From Pseudomonadota bacterium (GTDB lineage Bacteria; Bdellovibrionota_B; Oligoflexia; Oligoflexales; CAIYRB01), in assembly GCA_031416315.1 (NCBI GenBank), contig JANOTL010000187.1:1-39713 (forward strand): a stretch of DNA of 39,713 nucleotides. The letters are read 5' to 3'. How positions within the stretch are numbered: the stretch's first letter is position 1; every line of letters begins with the position of its first letter. Shown piece by piece: positions 39,263 to 39,713 of this stretch. The position numbers and the translations under genes were made by a program. The notes beneath the pieces were generated by a model that made no database searches, was not told the DNA's origin, and saw only the letters and a program-made list of their open reading frames with translations.

Positions 39263-39713
39263 ATGGTCCTCGCCTTGACGCTCGCGGCCTCTGCCCTCTT
39301 TCCGGGGGACTTACCCGAGGCGGAGAAGGTGCGGCGCCTCGCGCCCTACTTCTCGCCGCCGCCGGGCGGGACCTTCGCGCTCGACGCGACCGAGATCCGC
39401 GATCTGGAGCGGAAGGCAAAGCCTTTGCGCCTGCGCGGATTCATCACGGTGAAGCCGCCGAAGGGCGCCTGCTTTCTCGTCCAGAAAGGGTTGGACCAGG
39501 AGGACGTCGAAGTCTGCAAAGAGCGCCGGATCCCATTCACGCTTGAGGACTCCGACCGCGACGGGAAGCTCCGCTGGCAGGTGAAGACCGGCGACGGCGA
39601 CTTCGGCACGCCCTTGGTGTGGAGCTCTCCCTATCGGCTCGCAATGGTGGTTCCCTTCGACGCCAAGCCCGACGATCCGATGGAGTACCGGTTCGTCACG
39701 GGGTGCGACGCCG
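39263..39713 (+). CDS. Hypothetical protein, partial (runs off the window)
   Basis: ATG directly after the upstream TGA; open to the end (MVLALTLAASALFPGDLPEAEK...). Confidence 0.65.
   Translation, partial: MVLALTLAASALFPGDLPEAEKVRRLAPYFSPPPGGTFALDATEIRDLERKAKPLRLRGFITVKPPKGACFLVQKGLDQEDVEVCKERRIPFTLEDSDRDGKLRWQVKTGDGDFGTPLVWSSPYRLAMVVPFDAKPDDPMEYRFVTGCDA

Overview
High-GC bacterial chromosomal window; gene content (futalosine-pathway mqnA, TIGR04552-like protein, CglF/GltF-like proteins) suggests a Bdellovibrionota/Myxococcota-type organism (inference). The core is housekeeping and envelope biogenesis: hemL-mqnA, GT4-gmd-GT4, clpB with a sigma32-type promoter, a lolC/E-lolD-bamA-skp-fabZ-lpxA-lpxB-msbA-lpxK operon lacking lpxD, lon-iscS, a TlpA-like protein, a GT-C glycosyltransferase and a class III adenylate cyclase. 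Unexplained accessory modules sit between these: a coupled pair of shortened MotA-like proteins with no MotB, two paralogous FN3 lipoproteins, a secreted triad (C-type-lectin-like, coiled-coil, 9x CX9C repeat), two CglF/GltF-like paralogs divergent from a TolB-like propeller, and a RelA/SpoT-fold protein that appears to share a bidirectional leaderless promoter. I also found an unlisted 54-aa ORF after clpB and several structured intergenic elements. No rRNA, tRNA, CRISPR array or transposase was recognised. All family calls come from motif recognition by eye, not database searches.
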